IMG/VR virus record: IMGVR_UViG_3300021399_000118
Location: 56,916-120,915 of that record
Reading direction: 5' to 3' (one strand)
Source: a virus
Taxonomy: Duplodnaviria; Caudoviricetes
Length of the DNA stretch: 64,000 bases
The stretch's first letter is position 1. Each line of letters opens with the position of its first letter. The notes under the pieces were generated by a model. The model did no database searches and had not been told where the DNA came from. It saw only the letters and a list, made by a program, of their open reading frames with translations. Shown here piece after piece: positions 58,836 through 64,000 of this stretch. Made by a program: the position numbers and the translations under genes.

Positions 58836-59972
58836 TTACATATTATATTGTTTCAGAATATCCGCAAAGGAAACTTTCCATTTCTCTTCACTTCTCTTTA
58901 CGAGATTTGCGAAATACTGCGGCTCCACCATCTTGTAATAGGACAGCTTTCCGTTCAGCTCGAATACGTCGCCTACATCCCAGGGCTTTCCATGCTTGGT
59001 GTCCAGGATGAGGTTTGTCAAAGCCGCCTTGAAATACTTCTTGGTATGATAGCCGACCGTAATATCGTTATCCTTGTTCAGCATCAGTCCCAGATTCCAG
59101 TTGCTTCCGGACGAGGAGCCAAACCGGGTTTTCTCGTCCTTCAGAAGATAAGGAGCATCAAATTCCGCCAGAACTTCCCGAATATGTTTAACCGCCTTTT
59201 CCCAGGGAAACTTTTCCTGGGCTGAAATAAACATATCATCCGCATAGCGGGTATAGACGATTTTCGCGTTTGCGAAATAGTTGAATAAGGCATGGTCGAT
59301 CGGAATCATAAACATGTTCGTCAGCACCGGAGACAGCGCGGTTCCCTGAGGCAGGCCCCCATTTAAGAAACCCAGAGACAGGGCTTTCTCAAGCGCTTCC
59401 CGGCCTTCCGGGACCTTGCAGATTTCTGAAGTCGGATAAATCTTCTCCAGCATCTTCATCGTAAATTCCAGAGTTGTTTTCGGGAAGAAGCCGCTGAAAT
59501 CTGTCTTTAGAAACCATTTGGAATTATTTGCCTGATGTTTCTGCATACATTGTACTGTACTCCGGCCGGGAACATAGGCAAAGGCGGAGGTGTGGTACAG
59601 GACATGCATTTCCTTTGTCAGAATCCGGGCAAGCTCACGGAGAGCAAGCTGCAGATGCGCTTCCGGAGCGTCAATAGGACGCCAGCCGCCTGTCTTCTTC
59701 GGGATTTCGAAGTGATGATACAGCGTTTTTCTGTCCTGTTTGAACAACTCCTCGTAGGTTCTGTTAAAGTTTTCAAGACGCCGGATATAATAATTCACCG
59801 GCGTCTTATCCAGAAGTTCTTTCGTCGGCCACATCTTCCGGGTATAAGTGGCTGTCACTCTTTCATTAGCGGTCGAAGCCAGGAGCTTTTCCATGTTCAC
59901 TTCGTCGAAGAGAACATCCTCCCAGCTGACCTGGTAAGGCTTCCTTACCTGCATTTTTGTTACATAAATCAT
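58836..59972 (-). CDS. Retron-type reverse transcriptase
   Basis: IPKKTGGWRPIDAP, HTSAFAY, TDFSGFF, LPQG, YTRYADD; CMQKH and NLG at the usual NAxxH and VTG positions; no maturase or endonuclease domain. Confidence 0.85.
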   Translation of the reverse strand: MIYVTKMQVRKPYQVSWEDVLFDEVNMEKLLASTANERVTATYTRKMWPTKELLDKTPVNYYIRRLENFNRTYEELFKQDRKTLYHHFEIPKKTGGWRPIDAPEAHLQLALRELARILTKEMHVLYHTSAFAYVPGRSTVQCMQKHQANNSKWFLKTDFSGFFPKTTLEFTMKMLEKIYPTSEICKVPEGREALEKALSLGFLNGGLPQGTALSPVLTNMFMIPIDHALFNYFANAKIVYTRYADDMFISAQEKFPWEKAVKHIREVLAEFDAPYLLKDEKTRFGSSSGSNWNLGLMLNKDNDITVGYHTKKYFKAALTNLILDTKHGKPWDVGDVFELNGKLSYYKMVEPQYFANLVKRSEEKWKVSFADILKQYNM

Positions 59973-60268
59973 TTTTATTATTTAATCTCCAATCTCAGCT
60001 ATCTCTAGATCCTGGATGAGCTGCAGAGTCGTCAGCCCGAAGCCAACGTTTACCCTGCGGATACAGCTGGACTGCAATATACATTTATCGGTAATATTGA
60101 TTTTATTGTATAGCGACATTCTAGTTCTCTCCTGAATGTCGCTTGCAGGTCCCAGTCAGCACGGCCGGCGGCCGCGTCGCCCGCAGGCGCCGCCTCCTCG
60201 GTGAGCGAAATGATCCATTTAATCACATTAAATGAGCCTTAAGTAAATAAGGTCTTGGCATTCAGAGA

Positions 60269-60940
60269 TTAAATTACACAGATATTAAATTCAAAGGGAT
60301 CCGTCAGGATTGCCGTTTCCAGCCGTCCGGACTTCACGAAGTTGATAAAGTTTGTCACACCCACCATGGAAACCAGTCTCACAGTCGGCGCTACGCACAG
60401 CGACACCTTACAGGCAGACACAGGGACGTTCTTTTCCGCCTCCTCGTGGGTAAAATCCATGGTATCCAGGAAGGCCGCGATCTGCTTGTCGTCCGCCCAG
60501 TCGGCCGCATAATGCTGACCTGTTGTGAGGGCGGTACGGAAGTCAAACATGGCCTTGATATTGGCGTTGAACCGGTTTTCCTTGACGATCTTCCGACGGA
60601 GATCAATGTTGTCCACACAAAGGAAGACATAGCCGGAGAGCTTCTGCCCCTGATAGCCGTCGTTATAGATCTTGACTTCCCTGGCAATCTCCGGATTGAT
60701 TTCACAGAGATGATTCAAAGTTGCTTCGGTTTTGAGATGTCCCACATCCGGAAGATTGAACATCTGATTCACCAGGTTATGCTCTTCGACGTGGTCGAAA
60801 TCATAAAGGCTGAATTTGGTCAACCCAAACCGGGCCAGCAGCTCGGCGACCGTAGAGCCGACCGAGCCGCAGCCGATAATATGAATCCGTTCCTTGCAGG
60901 ATTCCGGATCGAAGAATTCAAAGCTTTTAGCTAAATTCAT
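60269..60940 (-). CDS. ThiF/E1-like adenylyltransferase
   Basis: IIGCGSVG, YDFDHVEEHNLVNQ, CVDNIDLR, DFR. Confidence 0.88.
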   Translation of the reverse strand: MNLAKSFEFFDPESCKERIHIIGCGSVGSTVAELLARFGLTKFSLYDFDHVEEHNLVNQMFNLPDVGHLKTEATLNHLCEINPEIAREVKIYNDGYQGQKLSGYVFLCVDNIDLRRKIVKENRFNANIKAMFDFRTALTTGQHYAADWADDKQIAAFLDTMDFTHEEAEKNVPVSACKVSLCVAPTVRLVSMVGVTNFINFVKSGRLETAILTDPFEFNICVI

Positions 60941-60942
60941 TT

Positions 60943-61764
60943 TTAATATTCCTCTTCCCAGTCGTTAATGTCCACAACTTTTTCCTTGGGAACCTTGGCA
61001 AAGTCGTTAGATTTGCCCTGCCAGCCTCCGCCGGAGTAGCCATAGTCGCCGCCATACGCGCCCCAGGATTCGTAATAGGTCTTTCCGGGCTTGTCGTACC
61101 GGGGATAATAGTAGCAGCCGTAGGTCTTTTTCTCCACCAGCTTGGTCGCGCTGTCAATGAAGGCATCCAGGCCGTCAATTTTCACTTCCACGTCGTTGCG
61201 GTCATAGAACACATTGTTGTCCAGGTCGTAGAGATAGGTGTTGATATCGCCCTTCTTATTCCAGATCTGGAAGATATAGAATCCTTCGTGACCGGGCATA
61301 TTTCCCAGGATATCCTCCTGGTTCTGCAGATCGGTGCCGGAGGCGAAGGTGTCGAAGTTCACATGAGAATGGGCCTGGAAATGCATATGGTCCGACTGCT
61401 CATCCGTAAGATTGCAGATGAACTCGACCATATCCTCATCTTTGGTGTCCACCTTGGCCCCGCTGACCTGCTGTTTGCAGACCAGAACATCGTAGACATA
61501 GAACTCTGTCGGGGACTTTCTGTCCACGAGACCGAACCAGCCGACCTCAGAGTCGAAGGAAGCGACCAGCTTCATCATCTTCAGATAGGCCTCCGGCGTA
61601 TAGATGATCTTTATCTTATTTTTCGCCTTCGTGCCGAGATCAGCGGTGAAGGTGAAAGAGGACTTGCCTTCGAAGCACCCCTGGTTGAGATGCTTCATGA
61701 ACTCCCCGGCGAACTTCTCAAAAAGCTTGGTCTTCGTCTCCTCATTCAAATAAATCGGTTTCAT
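60943..61764 (-). CDS. JAB/JAMM metallopeptidase
   Basis: SEVGW plus HSHVNFDTFASGTD (HxH-x7-S-x2-D); Tyr/Gly-rich tail. Confidence 0.8.
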   Translation of the reverse strand: MKPIYLNEETKTKLFEKFAGEFMKHLNQGCFEGKSSFTFTADLGTKAKNKIKIIYTPEAYLKMMKLVASFDSEVGWFGLVDRKSPTEFYVYDVLVCKQQVSGAKVDTKDEDMVEFICNLTDEQSDHMHFQAHSHVNFDTFASGTDLQNQEDILGNMPGHEGFYIFQIWNKKGDINTYLYDLDNNVFYDRNDVEVKIDGLDAFIDSATKLVEKKTYGCYYYPRYDKPGKTYYESWGAYGGDYGYSGGGWQGKSNDFAKVPKEKVVDINDWEEEY

Positions 61765-63179
61765 TCTTCTTTTCCTTTCTGTTCCAGAAGATACGCCAGT
61801 GCGGCTTCCGGAGTCATGTCTTCTCCATCCTTGCGAAGGATCTTGTTCTTGTTAGTGAAAATCCAGCCGAGGAAGGGCCGGAAAGTCTGCTCGGTTTCAT
61901 CCAGATCCACGGACTCAGCAGAGGCGATCGTCATTTCCAGCGCCGCCATCTGTTCTCCCTGAGTCAGCAAATTCTGTACCCGTCCCTTATACTGGCCAAG
62001 GCAGCTGAAGATCTGCAGATGAGGATTTGCCACATAATCCGCATAAAGTGGATCAACACCGGCATAGTCATAACCGGACCTGGTTGTCATGGTGTTGTTG
62101 ACGAAATCCAGCGTATAGGTTCCGACGATCTTCACTTCAAAGATCGGATCCTCGGAGAAGATGCTGTCCAGGAGCAGCTTGCGGCAGGCCTTGTCCTTGA
62201 AGGGCGTATCGCGCAGATCCGTCTTGTAGTTTCCATCGTAGATGGACTCGTTGTCTGAGAACTTCTGATAGGCGTCCACATCGAACCGCTTAAGCGTGGT
62301 AGCCACAATGAAGGAGATCTTGGAATCGTTGATACGGATATGCTGAATGGCAGGATTGGATCCGAGATACTCCACCAGCTCATTTTCCTTCTCGTCGTTC
62401 TGAGAGACGAGCGCCAGGCCTTCGACCCGGATCATGGCTTCGCGGAAGTTCTTCACCGCCTGCTCGTATTCGCGATAAATATTTTCCATATCGCGCTTCC
62501 TGCGGTCCCGATCCTCCCTGGCGGCTTCCATTTCCTTGAGATGGAAGTTTCTGAACATGGCAACCAGGGTGCAATGGAGGAACTCTTCCTTATACTTCTC
62601 AACCAGCTTCGGATAGGTCTTGCGGAAGAGAGTGGAAGTAGGCTTGGACATCGCACTGAGCAGCTCGACTTCCGGATCGTCCTTGCTGAGGGGCTTGGGA
62701 TAGATTCCCGGATAATACAGCGGCAGGAATGACAGGACAAAATGATAGACATCCAGATTGAACGGATAAAGGCGGACGATCGCCATATTGGATTCCTTGC
62801 GATACCAGATGTTGACCGCCTGGATCTGCGGACATTTCTGGCGGACGATCTGCTCCACCGTTTCTTTATTGTAAAAGCCGTACTCGGCTAAAGTTTCGGA
62901 ATCTTTATCTGAAAGAGTACCGGAGCTGCTGACACCGCAGAACCAGACACCAGGATCATTCAGATGGGGCTGGACATATTCCAGCATCTCGGACACAGAG
63001 CAATTCATGATTTTGCCCTTGATGCCTGAATAATCCTTCAGGCGGGGCTTGAAACAGGCAATACCCAGGAGGGAAAGAACCGCATCCGGTTCAGAATCAG
63101 GCCGCAGCATTGTTGCCAGATACTCCGAAGTAACCGGATCAACATACGGAATATTTTCTCTAAACATTTGAACCTCCAA
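61761..63179 (-). CDS. Prokaryotic E2-like protein with N-terminal extension and coiled coil
   Basis: ANPHLQIFSCLG matches the E2 HP(H/N)...CLG signature; located between Ubl and JAB. Confidence 0.6.
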   Translation of the reverse strand: MEVQMFRENIPYVDPVTSEYLATMLRPDSEPDAVLSLLGIACFKPRLKDYSGIKGKIMNCSVSEMLEYVQPHLNDPGVWFCGVSSSGTLSDKDSETLAEYGFYNKETVEQIVRQKCPQIQAVNIWYRKESNMAIVRLYPFNLDVYHFVLSFLPLYYPGIYPKPLSKDDPEVELLSAMSKPTSTLFRKTYPKLVEKYKEEFLHCTLVAMFRNFHLKEMEAAREDRDRRKRDMENIYREYEQAVKNFREAMIRVEGLALVSQNDEKENELVEYLGSNPAIQHIRINDSKISFIVATTLKRFDVDAYQKFSDNESIYDGNYKTDLRDTPFKDKACRKLLLDSIFSEDPIFEVKIVGTYTLDFVNNTMTTRSGYDYAGVDPLYADYVANPHLQIFSCLGQYKGRVQNLLTQGEQMAALEMTIASAESVDLDETEQTFRPFLGWIFTNKNKILRKDGEDMTPEAALAYLLEQKGKEE

Positions 63180-63195
63180 TATAATTTCTGTACCG

Positions 63196-63232
63196 AAAAA
63201 AGAAGGGAAGAACCCGAAAGTCCTTCCCTTCC
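63196..63232 (-). terminator. Terminator/attenuator between Ubl and E2
   Basis: GAAGGGAAG/CTTCCCTTC stem with U tract on the minus strand. Confidence 0.6.
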
Positions 63233-63249
63233 CATCCGGCTAATGAAGA

Positions 63250-63861
63250 TCAGATCACGTTGATATGCGCGTCGATCTCCTCTTCCATCTTGGCGATCTC
63301 CTCAAGCATACCGGGCACTTCGGCCTCAATCTTGTTGAGATCCAGCAGGGCGGAACCGACCGTCTTGCGGACCAGCTCCTTCTTATCTTCGGTTTCCGGA
63401 TCCAGCAGCACGGTCACGGTGGCCTTGCCGTCCGTTCCGACGACGGAGCCGAACACGACGCCGTACTCATTCATGGAACCAGGGCCTTCGCCAACGGCAA
63501 CCTTGAACAGGATCTCATCGGTATCCTCATCCACCAGCTGCAGGGCTTCGGGCATGAACTCGGCAACCCGCTTCCAGTCGTCCAGCTTCACACCGGAAGT
63601 CAGCACAGCCGCAGCACCGGTGATGGTGATGGCAGCGGCGTTATCGATCTTCACGATGGAAGACAGGCGGCAGTCCTTGGTGATGCCCAGGTCGCGGAGG
63701 GACTTATTCATGCCGGCCACATCCAGCTTCACGCCATCCAGGGTGTTGGTGGCGGCTTCGTAGTCGATGTCGAAATGCTGCAGGATGTCCTTGGGAGTCT
63801 TGTTCTCTTCGAAAATGTCAGTCTTCTTGCCGGCGGTGGTGATCACAGTAACCTTAATCAT
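63250..63861 (-). CDS. Ubiquitin-like (beta-grasp) domain fused to a C-terminal domain
   Basis: Start MIKVTVIT after AGGAG; TPKDIL, LDG..L, KSLRDLGI, LSSIVKIDNA; first gene of the E2-JAB-E1 run. Confidence 0.6.
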   Translation of the reverse strand: MIKVTVITTAGKKTDIFEENKTPKDILQHFDIDYEAATNTLDGVKLDVAGMNKSLRDLGITKDCRLSSIVKIDNAAAITITGAAAVLTSGVKLDDWKRVAEFMPEALQLVDEDTDEILFKVAVGEGPGSMNEYGVVFGSVVGTDGKATVTVLLDPETEDKKELVRKTVGSALLDLNKIEAEVPGMLEEIAKMEEEIDAHINVI

Positions 63862-64000
63862 GTGTCTTTTCTCCTTTTTTATCCTTTTTCTGTAATAAAA
63901 TAAACGTTTGGACAGAGCGAGAGTTGCAAGAGTCTCTGTCCGACTCATTTGATCCATATGGAGGGGAGTTGGCTCTGTTCCGGCGAGACAAACCAGAACA

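Noticed and set aside
58836-59972. DGR or group II intron RT
   Set aside because: The motifs are retron-like. I saw no Avd gene, no TR/VR pair (including for the C-terminus of the giant tail protein) and no maturase domain or intron domain V. A template repeat outside the window cannot be excluded.
63862-63957. Extended start of the Ubl gene at 63957
   Set aside because: The AGGAG RBS and the domain boundary support the ATG at 63861.

Overview
The window is part of a large temperate phage genome, probably from a Bacillota (Clostridia-like) host, apparently in non-integrated form: a tRNA-Val 3' fragment (attP-like) has phage genes on both sides. 1-24.3 kb (+) is the late tail/adsorption and lysis module, including a 2548-aa multidomain protein, an NlpC/P60-SH3 lysin and a holin. 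24.4-64 kb (-) holds a tyrosine integrase, an RNA ligase, many small accessory ORFs, two tRNAs plus two expanded tRNA-like RNAs, and replication/recombination genes (DnaE, primase-helicase, SSB, Rad52-like annealase, PD-(D/E)xK nuclease, RuvC-like resolvase). Three features stand out. (1) A Cas7/RAMP-like gene lies upstream of a non-CRISPR array of 18 GGCAGYC anchors separated by G(G/T)Y-NN pentamers, with unit lengths quantised in 5-nt steps; this is a candidate RNA-guided system with a gapped code. (2) A retron-type RT has an msr-msd-like RNA downstream of it, directly ahead of a YonO/RdRP-like two-barrel RNA polymerase. (3) A complete Ubl-E2-JAB-E1 ubiquitin-like operon lies just upstream of that RT. 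All family calls come from motif recognition by eye; no searches were run.
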